A DNA stretch of 64,000 nucleotides, from contig LBTB01000001.1 in the NCBI GenBank assembly GCA_000989305.1, positions 2,104-66,103 on the forward strand. Direction: 5' to 3'. The position numbers were made by a program, and so were the translations under genes. This document shows, one piece after another, positions 48,575-57,217 of the stretch (position 1 is its first letter; each line of letters opens with the position of its first letter). Origin of the DNA: Candidatus Shapirobacteria bacterium GW2011_GWF2_37_20 (GTDB lineage Bacteria > Patescibacteriota > Microgenomatia > UBA12405). The notes below the pieces were generated by a model. That model made no database searches, was not told the origin of the DNA, and saw nothing but the letters and a program-made list of their open reading frames with translations.

Positions 48575-51153
48575 AGCAAAAATTTTTTTTATTTATTTTG
48601 GCATTTTGTTTAAGTTTTATTTTTTTTGCTAAAGATTCCCGAGCGGCTTGTTGGCATTGTAGTGGTTATTATTGTGTAAATAGTGGCACCTTTGATTGTG
48701 GGAGTTGTAGTAAAGATTCTGATTGTTATAAAGATTGTCCGGCTTATAGAACTTGTGATGCTGGTGCTTGTATAACCAATTCTGGATACAGAACAACACC
48801 TAGTGCTACGTGTAAAACAAGTACCTGTTCAACTAGCGCAAATTGTTACACACCGAGTAATACTCCGGCGCCAACTGCAGTGCCAACTCCCTGTTTAAAA
48901 ACTTGTTCTTATAAATATTGTTCAGGTTCAAGTTGTTTAAGTGGAGGTTCGACAATACTTTGTTCACAAACTTGTCCGGCAAGCACTTGTACGGATAATG
49001 CCAGTTGTTCGTGTTCGCCTGGTTGCTGGGATTGTGCAACTGGTTGTTGTAACAGTCCTGATTGTTATGGAGGAAGTAGTTGTAAAACGTGTCCAACTTC
49101 AGCGCCGGTGCCAACCTTGGTCCCAACAATAACACCTGGAGGACCAACTCCGGCGTGTGATTTAAGTAATAACAATTTTTGCAACGTACCATTTCCAGAT
49201 TGTTATTATTCTTGTTTACCTTGTGCGGCAACAGACATAGGCTTGCATGTGGTTAGACAAAAAACAACGCAATGTTATGATACTTGTTCTCCTTTAGCTA
49301 ATAAATGTTACGATAGTACTCCGCTTACATATGACGCACCGTTGCAATGTGGTTATTGCGATGATATTGCATATCCGACTGGGTGTCAGCCGTACACGTG
49401 TTACCCGGCACCAGATCCAGTTTGTCCGGGTTTTTATCCGGCGACAACTTGTACCAGTAGTGGTGGTATAGGTAATTGTGATAATTGTGGTGGTATGGAT
49501 TGTGGATATTGTCCGGGGGTGGGGGTGTTACCGACACCAACGCCACTTCCAGGTGGAGTGACTGTATCTTGTAACTGTTCTGATTATTTCAGTACGGCAT
49601 TAACGGTGTGTGATTCAACCACTTTCCTTTGTCCTGGTTCCAATCCGGCAATTTATTGTTATGGTTTGGCGGGATGTAATATTCCGATTTTGGGAAATGT
49701 GGTGATAGATAATGCTGATTCGGTAGCAGTAACAGCAGATGCCAGTAACCGTAATCATATTTGCGAAGATACTTTTGTGGGCGCTTCCCTGCCCCGGAGA
49801 GTAATTGTTGAGGCGAATGTGAGTGACGGAGACGGTTATGCTGACATTAGTACGGTACAGTTGAGGTGGAACGGGACGATTTATAATATGAGTTTTGTGT
49901 CCGGATCAATTAATTCGGCTACTTATAGAGCAGTAATTGATTTTAGTGGGGCACAGAATAGTGGCGGAACTTATGCTTGGGAATTTAACATGGTTGATGC
50001 TGATGGTAACACTAGTGGTTGGGAAGACAGTATCAGGAGTTTTAAGGCCTGGGATTGTTTGGTCCCAGTATCAGGAATACTTTATGATGGCAGTGCTGGA
50101 CAGGCGTGTAATAATACCGGATTTACCACGATAATAATTAATGCTACCGGATTTAGAGAGATGTTATACAGTAATAGTTTAGGGGTAAATGATGTGGCCT
50201 TTGTGGTATCTCCTCCTGCTAATTATGGAAGTGCTAGTTTAACTTGGGGACAGACTTATTTGCCATTAATTAACGGCGGCGATGTGAGTAATTTGAACGG
50301 TGATTTGACGGCAACAGGAAGATTTACCCGGATTATTGATGAGGGAGTGGGAACGACCTCCTGTCCGGTCAACAGCCAGTTTAATATTGGTACTTATGTG
50401 TCGGCTTATGGTTTGACTCCAAGGGCAAAAGTGGATATGTCCTTTATTCGTGACCAGGAAGCTTGGTTTCAAGTGGGAGGAGCCGGAGTAAAGGCAAAGA
50501 TGGATATCGACAGCGGAGTGCCGGCAACCATGTTACCGCTTAGTTCCCGGGCTTTAAGCGTTTCCGGGATTAATGCCAATAATGGATTGATTTCGTACGG
50601 AGGAAACTTTAGCAATATTAACGGATTTAATGACTCGAGTGCTTATGGAAGCCCTAATAATTGGTATGTAAATGTAAATACAAATAATTTGAGTAATTAT
50701 AGTTATCAATATTTTTATAATACTTTTTACGTTAACGGCGGAATTGGGGTGACCGGAACAAGTTGGAATGATCATCCGAGTGAGGGGGTATATTTTGTAA
50801 ACGGGGACATGATTGTTAATAGTGATTTTGCCTTAGCTTCAGGTAAAACATTAATAGTAATTGTTAGAGGAAAAATTAGTATTGGCAGTAATGTTAACCA
50901 GGTTGATGGAATATTTATTGCTGATGGAAACAGTAGTGATTCGGTGGGAATTGAGGTTGGAGGAACTTCAGATACTCAATTGTTGATTAATGGATCTTTG
51001 TATTCCAGAAAGGCAATAAGACTTTACAGAAGTTTTACAGACAAAATAGTAAATAATACGGTTCCGGCAGTAGTGATTAAATATAATCCTAACTTATTAT
51101 TTAATATGCCCGGATCTTTGATGAGGGTGCTAAGCGGCTGGAGGGAGGAGTAA
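48571..51153 (+). CDS. Large secreted cysteine-rich protein (860 aa), candidate pilus-associated adhesin
   Basis: Signal peptide 'MKQKFFLFILAFCLSFIFFAKDSRA'. About 80 Cys in the first roughly 350 aa in CxxC/CxC arrays with PT-rich spacers. C-terminal beta-rich domain 'VYFVNGDMIVNSDFALASGKTLIVIVRGKISIG'. Translationally coupled to PilX-like gene. Confidence 0.7.
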   Translation: MKQKFFLFILAFCLSFIFFAKDSRAACWHCSGYYCVNSGTFDCGSCSKDSDCYKDCPAYRTCDAGACITNSGYRTTPSATCKTSTCSTSANCYTPSNTPAPTAVPTPCLKTCSYKYCSGSSCLSGGSTILCSQTCPASTCTDNASCSCSPGCWDCATGCCNSPDCYGGSSCKTCPTSAPVPTLVPTITPGGPTPACDLSNNNFCNVPFPDCYYSCLPCAATDIGLHVVRQKTTQCYDTCSPLANKCYDSTPLTYDAPLQCGYCDDIAYPTGCQPYTCYPAPDPVCPGFYPATTCTSSGGIGNCDNCGGMDCGYCPGVGVLPTPTPLPGGVTVSCNCSDYFSTALTVCDSTTFLCPGSNPAIYCYGLAGCNIPILGNVVIDNADSVAVTADASNRNHICEDTFVGASLPRRVIVEANVSDGDGYADISTVQLRWNGTIYNMSFVSGSINSATYRAVIDFSGAQNSGGTYAWEFNMVDADGNTSGWEDSIRSFKAWDCLVPVSGILYDGSAGQACNNTGFTTIIINATGFREMLYSNSLGVNDVAFVVSPPANYGSASLTWGQTYLPLINGGDVSNLNGDLTATGRFTRIIDEGVGTTSCPVNSQFNIGTYVSAYGLTPRAKVDMSFIRDQEAWFQVGGAGVKAKMDIDSGVPATMLPLSSRALSVSGINANNGLISYGGNFSNINGFNDSSAYGSPNNWYVNVNTNNLSNYSYQYFYNTFYVNGGIGVTGTSWNDHPSEGVYFVNGDMIVNSDFALASGKTLIVIVRGKISIGSNVNQVDGIFIADGNSSDSVGIEVGGTSDTQLLINGSLYSRKAIRLYRSFTDKIVNNTVPAVVIKYNPNLLFNMPGSLMRVLSGWREE

Positions 51154-51155
51154 AG

Positions 51156-51953
51156 ATGAAATTAAAAAAGATGATAAGTAATTATAAAAGAGGGCAAGTG
51201 GCCATAATTGTGTTGTTGGTTTCGGCAATGATGATGACCTTGGGATTGTCGCTATCTAAAAAGGCAACCACAGAAACCAGAATTGACATTAATGAAGAGT
51301 TACTGAAGAAAGCTTTTAATGCGGCAGAATCTGGAATTGATTATTATCTGGGAACTGGCAACCTTACTTATAATGCGCCAGACAATTTATCTTCAGCCGA
51401 GATAACAGCCAGGGACATTACTGGTGAGGGTAACATTTTGGATTTTGGAGAGTATGTACCAATTAACGGATCCGAATTTTATTGGCTAGTAAACCATTTG
51501 GATAATGGGGATATTGGGGTGACTTATTACGGAGCGGCAACGGTGAATGTGTGTGGCACCGGATTTACGGGATCGATGGAGATAAATTATTTTTATAAAA
51601 CAGGAGCGGAATATGGTGTCAACAGGTATGGCTATAATTTCAGCAGTGATGTAACTAAGCAGGTAAATGGTTTTACGGCCGGAACCGGAGGTTGTGCCAC
51701 TATAAACATTGTTAACAGTCCAATTTTGATTACGGTTACTCCCATTTTTAATGGGGGGAGGTTTTATTTGAGTGGTTCGGGTACTTTTCCAATTCAGGGG
51801 GTGGAGATAAGCTCGAGAGGAAGATCGGGAGGAGTGTCGGTGGATGTTTCCGAAACTCAGGCAAATAAAAAATTAATAGTGTTGCGACGTTATAAGATCC
51901 CCTCTTTTATGTTGTCAGGAGTAGTTTCTGAAACTTCGGTATTGAGCGATTAG
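51156..51953 (+). CDS. PilX-like minor pilin/pilus assembly protein
   Basis: N-terminus 'KRGQVAIIVLLVSAMMMTLGLSLS' resembles the PilX_N domain. Confidence 0.55.
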   Translation: MKLKKMISNYKRGQVAIIVLLVSAMMMTLGLSLSKKATTETRIDINEELLKKAFNAAESGIDYYLGTGNLTYNAPDNLSSAEITARDITGEGNILDFGEYVPINGSEFYWLVNHLDNGDIGVTYYGAATVNVCGTGFTGSMEINYFYKTGAEYGVNRYGYNFSSDVTKQVNGFTAGTGGCATINIVNSPILITVTPIFNGGRFYLSGSGTFPIQGVEISSRGRSGGVSVDVSETQANKKLIVLRRYKIPSFMLSGVVSETSVLSD

Positions 51954-52564
51954 GTAATATACGTATTTGTTACATATGTCACATAGTATTGATTTTGGCG
52001 CATCTTATGGTAAAATATAAATATCGTGGTTGTCGAAAATGCTCGATAATTATACGATAGCTCTTTTAAATACAGGTTGATTCTCAACCAGAAAGGAGAA
52101 ATATTTTCCAAAACTTGCTATTAGATTTATAGCTTTTTATAAATAACTAAAAACTATAAGTCTGTTTTTATTCTCCCGAGTGTATGTCGCCATATGCTCA
52201 CCAGAAAAAGAAAGATTAGGGAAACTGTGAACGATCCTGGTGGTCGCAACGTTGCTTTGTATGATCGGAGCATGGGAGAACTCGGTAATGGAATTGACCG
52301 GGGTATCTCTCGACTCAATGAAGATGGAAGTTCTCACAATACTGTGAGTGGTGATGGTCAACATTTCTCCTGGGATCAGTCAAGAAGTGGTGACGTTAGT
52401 GGAATGCATTTTCGTGATGATCAAGCTCGAGGCGAAGGCCGCTTTCCTTTTGGTCATTAACGCTAAATTTTTTCCACATTAAATAACCACGGGGCCATTT
52501 GAGCGCACTTTGGTGCTGTTTTTTCTCATTTGGTTCCCGTGGTTTTAGTTGTTAAAATAAACTT
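51954..52564. other. Long non-coding segment with locally elevated GC and multiple hairpins; candidate structured RNA
   Basis: About 600 bp with no credible ORF. The frame-shuffled G/D/S/R-rich 52194..52460 ORF looks non-coding. Hairpins include 'ctcacaatactgtgag', 'gcaacgttgc' and 'aaccacggg...cccgtggtt'. Confidence 0.2.
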
Positions 52565-52954
52565 ATGATTACTATTTGTTCTAATAAAAAAGGTATTACC
52601 ATAGACTTTCCTGCAAAAATTTTTAAGGATTATTTAGTTAAGATTGGTAAAGATAGTGGTGAGATTTTGGATGATGTAGACATAGATAAGATATTAGTAT
52701 GGACATATGATGATTTTACGGCTGGTAAAAATTCGCTTGATGATTTGTCCGATATTTGTAACTATTTACATACTTTGTTAAAAGTATCTAATTATTCTGA
52801 TTTAGAGAAAGCATTGCATTACGGTTCTGAGTTAAGTTTTTATATTAGAGATATAAAAACAAGAACAGACAGTTTTGTATCTGAATCAATGGTTATTCTT
52901 AAGGAATATATTGAAAAAATAAGGAACATAGAAAAATGTGAGGAAAATAAATGA
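52565..52954 (+). CDS. Hypothetical protein (129 aa), very AT-rich
   Basis: ORF overlapping the next gene by 17 nt. K/I/D-rich. Confidence 0.45.
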   Translation: MITICSNKKGITIDFPAKIFKDYLVKIGKDSGEILDDVDIDKILVWTYDDFTAGKNSLDDLSDICNYLHTLLKVSNYSDLEKALHYGSELSFYIRDIKTRTDSFVSESMVILKEYIEKIRNIEKCEENK

Positions 52955-54125
52955 ATTACAGAAATTATATATAGAGGCTGAAAAACGATTTATAGCTAGT
53001 CATTTAGATTTTGATCGAAAAAATCTTTATCGGACTATTGACATTTTATATAGAAAATCCAAAGAAAATTATTTGAAGTTGTCTAATCCAAAAACTTGCA
53101 GTGAAGCACTCTATGCGGATATCTGGATATGGCAGGAGATTGGCGACAAAATTGCCAGAGAAAGCGTTGGTAAAGCATTTAAACTCGACAATCCCCCATC
53201 GGAACATAAGGCTTCAGCTGAATTCTGTAAAAGATATCCAAGTGAATTAATTAAAAAAATTAAAAAGAATGCAAGTTGTTTTGACTGGAAGGATATGGAT
53301 GAAAAATTTATCGCAATGGTAAAAGAAAGAAATAAGTTTTCATTAAGTAAGGGATATGTTTCGAGATTAGATATGTATCAAAAAAATGATAAGATTCCAA
53401 AGTCAGAATATAAAAGATTTTTGGAAAAGATAGACGAGGTAATTTATAAGAGCAATGAGAAGTTGTCTGCTTTATTAAAGGCAGGCGATATGACGATTGA
53501 TAAACATTGTTTTATTTGTGAGCTTGAGCCATTTCCTTTCAAGAATATAAAGGAACTACTAGCATTGTTTGAGAAAAAAAATCCAATCTTACATAAAAAT
53601 ATAGGTAAAATTAATATTTCTCTTGGGGAATATTCGGAAAGCAAATATGTGAAGGAAAGTGACTCTTTTAAAATAATACTGGACAAAAATATTAAAATTA
53701 ATCACCAGAAAATGGATTTAATTCATGAATTGGCACATGTTGTGTCATATTTGAAGAGTTTTAAAAAAGGTGAAAATATTTTGAAAAATGGAAGATATTT
53801 TCGAGAAAAATCAGCCATAGAGATTGAAATTAAATTTTTGGAAAAGTATTTTCCTGACTTATTTTTAGCTAAAATTGGTAATATCTTGTATAACCTACCG
53901 CAAACGCTTTTTGAAATTGAACTATATCAAAAACCAAATAGAAACCAAGGTGAGGTATATGCCAAATGCTTAAATAGATGTTATGCCAATCTCAAACAGG
54001 AAATAAATAGAGATTATCTTTTAAATGAAGATATTTTATATGGTAATTTTTTGTGGCTACCTTATGCAGTAGCATACACAAATGCTTTGTCTGATTTTTT
54101 TATAAAGGGATTTAATGTTGGGTGA
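52938..54125 (+). CDS. Hypothetical HExxH-motif protein (putative gluzincin-type metallopeptidase)
   Basis: 'LIHELAHVVSY' with downstream Glu candidates ('REKSAIEIE'). 395 aa, predicted mostly alpha-helical. Confidence 0.55.
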   Translation: MRKINELQKLYIEAEKRFIASHLDFDRKNLYRTIDILYRKSKENYLKLSNPKTCSEALYADIWIWQEIGDKIARESVGKAFKLDNPPSEHKASAEFCKRYPSELIKKIKKNASCFDWKDMDEKFIAMVKERNKFSLSKGYVSRLDMYQKNDKIPKSEYKRFLEKIDEVIYKSNEKLSALLKAGDMTIDKHCFICELEPFPFKNIKELLALFEKKNPILHKNIGKINISLGEYSESKYVKESDSFKIILDKNIKINHQKMDLIHELAHVVSYLKSFKKGENILKNGRYFREKSAIEIEIKFLEKYFPDLFLAKIGNILYNLPQTLFEIELYQKPNRNQGEVYAKCLNRCYANLKQEINRDYLLNEDILYGNFLWLPYAVAYTNALSDFFIKGFNVG

Positions 54126-54160
54126 TTGAGGGGAAAGATTAAATAGCATATACTTAAATA

Positions 54161-55189
54161 ATGAGTGATATTATTGGGGTTGATTTAGGACTGGGAAGTA
54201 TTAAAGTAGTGGCCTTGAATAAAGGTCAGGATAAGTTTACTTTGGCGGCAATTGGAGAAGTCAAGACTCCAAACGGTGAGTGGATGAAATCGGGGGCAAC
54301 TAAAAAAAATGTAGAAGAAGTGGCGATAACTTTAAAAAGCTTGATTAAAGATTTGAAGCTTGGTAACAGACAAGCGGTAGTGGCTTTGCCGGAGTACGAA
54401 ATTGTCAGCCGCTTAGTATCATTACCGCCTTTAAAAGAAAGTGAGATTAAAGATGCCTTAAAGTTTGAAGCGGAGACCTTTGTCCCCTACCCTTTAGATA
54501 AGGTGTCAATTGATTATGAGGTGATTGAGGAAGATGAGGCGGGACGTTTGACGGTGTTTGCGATTGCCGCCAGAAATGATTTGATTGCCAATTACGTTAA
54601 GATATTTAGGGAAGCAGGTTTGGAATTGTTAGCAATTGAATCACCGGCGGTATCAATGCGACGGGTATTAAAACAAATTGCCACGGCTTCTGAGGCAACT
54701 ATGGTGGTGGATATCGGACAAAAGTATTCCGATATCATTGGTTTCAAAAGCGGTAATATTTATTTTGCCAGATCGATGTCGGTTGGAGGCGAATCTCTGA
54801 CCAGAGCAATTTCAGTTAATCTTGGTTTAGATGAGGCCTCAGCTGAGGAATATAAGAAAGCCTATGGTATAAAAGAAATGGAACTTGAGGGTAAAATCAA
54901 GAATGCTATTATGCCGGTTTTCAACAGTATGGCTGAAGAAATTCGACGGGCAATGGCTTTGTATGCGGAAAGTAATAATAAGACAATTGAGCTTTTAGTT
55001 TTAAGTGGAGGCGGAGCAAAAATGCCGGGTCTGGCCGAGGAACTAACTAGATTGTTGGGAATTGAAGTTCAAGTGATTCAGCCTTTTTTAAAAATTGACA
55101 GTCAACAAATTGTGGCCCCGATTGATTTGGGGGTTGAAGGTTATAGGTTTTCCACTGCAGTGGGATTGGCGCTGAGAGACATGGTATGA
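54161..55189 (+). CDS. pilM: Type IV pilus assembly protein PilM (actin-like ATPase fold)
   Basis: 'IIGVDLGLGSIKVVAL' N-terminal phosphate-binding motif. 342 aa. Confidence 0.85.
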   Translation: MSDIIGVDLGLGSIKVVALNKGQDKFTLAAIGEVKTPNGEWMKSGATKKNVEEVAITLKSLIKDLKLGNRQAVVALPEYEIVSRLVSLPPLKESEIKDALKFEAETFVPYPLDKVSIDYEVIEEDEAGRLTVFAIAARNDLIANYVKIFREAGLELLAIESPAVSMRRVLKQIATASEATMVVDIGQKYSDIIGFKSGNIYFARSMSVGGESLTRAISVNLGLDEASAEEYKKAYGIKEMELEGKIKNAIMPVFNSMAEEIRRAMALYAESNNKTIELLVLSGGGAKMPGLAEELTRLLGIEVQVIQPFLKIDSQQIVAPIDLGVEGYRFSTAVGLALRDMV

Positions 55190-55743
55190 AAACGGGAGAC
55201 AGTTCACATCTAAATTTGTTACCAAGTCAGGCAAAGTTTCAGGCAGCCAGAATGAAACTCCAGGCAACCTTGAGACAATACATGTCTTTGGTGGTGGTTT
55301 TTTGGGTGGCTATGGTAGTAGTAGTTGCGGCTTTATATTTTGGAAGCGAATTTATTTTGAATTTACAAAATAAGAAGTATGACCAGGCGATGAATAGTTA
55401 TGGAAGCTTGTCACAGGAGATTGTAGTAAATCAATTGTTAAAATATAGGGCCAAAATTTTAGGACAAGTTCTTAAGGACCGTTTTGAATATTCTTTTGCT
55501 TTTGAAAAAATTAATTCAATTTTTGAACAAAGGGCTACGGTGTCAAATTTTGAGATTAGTGAAAACAGGGACTTTGTGGTTGAAGTTGAAACTACGGACA
55601 GGGAAGGGGTGAATTTTGTTGAGGATAAAGTGGCGGAAATTAATAAAGGAAATGACGAGGGAGTAAAAAGTGTTAAGCTTTTGGGTGCAAGTTATATGAT
55701 AAATGGTGTTTGGAGTATAAATATGGAGGTGAAGCTGAAATGA
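55186..55743 (+). CDS. pilN: PilN-like pilus assembly protein
   Basis: 'LNLLP' motif followed by a single TM. Translationally coupled to pilM. Confidence 0.7.
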   Translation: MKTGDSSHLNLLPSQAKFQAARMKLQATLRQYMSLVVVFWVAMVVVVAALYFGSEFILNLQNKKYDQAMNSYGSLSQEIVVNQLLKYRAKILGQVLKDRFEYSFAFEKINSIFEQRATVSNFEISENRDFVVEVETTDREGVNFVEDKVAEINKGNDEGVKSVKLLGASYMINGVWSINMEVKLK

Positions 55744-56495
55744 CAAAGGGATTAAATTTACCGGATAAAATTTTTGGAATTGATAGTCGGATTTTATTAT
55801 TATGGTTGCAACCACTCGGATTACTTTTAATCATAATAGTGAGCGTGTTGACGGTGATGTTGCCCAAAATTGATGAAATATCAGAAAAAATGAAGGAAAT
55901 AAAGGCAGTTACCAGTAAAACTGTGGAAGTGAATCAAAAAAGGACTTATTTGCAAACAGTTGATCAGGGAGAAACTTTAAATAATGCCAAAAAATTAGCT
56001 GACGCTTTGTTGCCGGAAAGAAACTCCTATTTACTGGTCAGAATAATTAGGGATGCGGCGGCACAGAGTGGCTATAATGTTGACGATTTTTCAATTAGCA
56101 TGGGAGATGTTAAAAACGAGGAAGTTAAAAAAGATAATAGTAATTACGACAAGATACCGGTCAGCATTACTTTGATTGGGCCAGCTGATAATTATATTAG
56201 TTTGGTTAAAGCCATTGAAAGAACTTTGCCGATAATGTCGATTGATAACTTTGAAATGAGGTCGCAAAACGGAGTGGCTACAATTAGATTAAACGTGATG
56301 GCATATTATTTGCGGGATATTTCGAATTTAAAAATAGAGAATCTGACTTTAGGAGATTTAACTCCCAGTCAGGATGAGGCGACCTTATTGTCCACTATTA
56401 ATGAATATCAAACAATGGTGGTTGAGGGTGGTTTAAATGAGAGTGGAGATGATTTTGTTAGGTACGAGAGACAGGATCCTTTTTCTACTCTTTGA
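55710..56495 (+). CDS. pilO: PilO-like pilus assembly protein
   Basis: Single TM then periplasmic domain. Position after pilN. Confidence 0.6.
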   Translation: MEYKYGGEAEMTKGLNLPDKIFGIDSRILLLWLQPLGLLLIIIVSVLTVMLPKIDEISEKMKEIKAVTSKTVEVNQKRTYLQTVDQGETLNNAKKLADALLPERNSYLLVRIIRDAAAQSGYNVDDFSISMGDVKNEEVKKDNSNYDKIPVSITLIGPADNYISLVKAIERTLPIMSIDNFEMRSQNGVATIRLNVMAYYLRDISNLKIENLTLGDLTPSQDEATLLSTINEYQTMVVEGGLNESGDDFVRYERQDPFSTL

Positions 56496-56718
56496 TTTGA
56501 AGAATGTAGCGGAGTTCGGGGAAGGCCAGATTTAGTAGGGTGCGGATAGATTTTATGATTTTACCTTCTTTGCCAATAATTTGACCGACCATTTCTGGAG
56601 GAGCCGAAACTTCAATGATGGTAAGTTGATTTTCTTCGCGAGACTCAATAACAACATTTTTGTCGTCAGTGACAATGGCTTTGATAATATACTCGGCGGC
56701 TTGCTTAATATCGGTCAT
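56485..56718 (-). CDS. KH-domain RNA-binding protein (YlqC/UPF0109 family)
   Basis: 'IIGKEGKIIKSIR' KH GxxG loop. Conserved position downstream of rpsP. Confidence 0.8.
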   Translation of the reverse strand: MTDIKQAAEYIIKAIVTDDKNVVIESREENQLTIIEVSAPPEMVGQIIGKEGKIIKSIRTLLNLAFPELRYILQIKE

Positions 56719-56720
56719 AT

Positions 56721-57209
56721 TTATTCTTTGTTTTCAGGAATTTCTTCTTTAACTGCTTCGATTTCTGCCTCGGCTGGTTTTTCACCTGCTTCGACTGGAG
56801 TTTCAGTTGCTTTTTCGTTTACTTCAGTTTTAGTTTCAATTTCTACTTCTGCCTCGGCTGGTTTTTCACCTGCTTCGACTGGAGTTTCAGATGCTTCAGT
56901 TTTGGTTTCAATTTTTACTTCTGTTTTCTTCTCAGGAGCTTTTTCGGCTTTTTCAATTTTTTTGTTTTTCTTTTTTCGGGGGTATTTATCTGGATTTAAG
57001 AGTTTGTCGACACCTTCGGTTAATTGAGCTCCGTTTTTTAGCCACTGAGCCATTTTTTCCTTATCGATTTGGAGAGTTTTGGTTTGGGGGGTATAAAAAC
57101 CAATGTCGTCGATAAACTTACCATTGGACTTGCTCCGATCTGGAGAAATAACGATACGGAAGCTTCTTTGGTGAATTTTACCGGTTGGTTTTAATTTGAT
57201 TTTTAGCAT
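56721..57209 (-). CDS. rpsP: 30S ribosomal protein S16 with repetitive acidic C-terminal extension
   Basis: 'MLKIKLKPTGKIHQRSFRIVI' S16 core. C-terminal ETPVEAGEKPAEAE repeats. Confidence 0.9.
   Translation of the reverse strand: MLKIKLKPTGKIHQRSFRIVISPDRSKSNGKFIDDIGFYTPQTKTLQIDKEKMAQWLKNGAQLTEGVDKLLNPDKYPRKKKNKKIEKAEKAPEKKTEVKIETKTEASETPVEAGEKPAEAEVEIETKTEVNEKATETPVEAGEKPAEAEIEAVKEEIPENKE
56765..56890. repeat. Tandem direct repeat (two 42-nt copies 84 nt apart) inside the rpsP tail
   Basis: 'ctgcctcggctggtttttcacctgcttcgactggagtttcag' occurs twice. Confidence 0.7.
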
Positions 57210-57217
57210 GGCTTCGA

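Noticed and set aside
52137-52460. 88-aa G/D/S/R-rich ORF, and attempts to assign the region to RNase P RNA or tmRNA
   Set aside because: The ORF has non-protein-like composition and no start context. I could not find the P4 helix strands of RNase P, or a tRNA-like 3' end and tag ORF for tmRNA. It is kept only as an unclassified candidate ncRNA.
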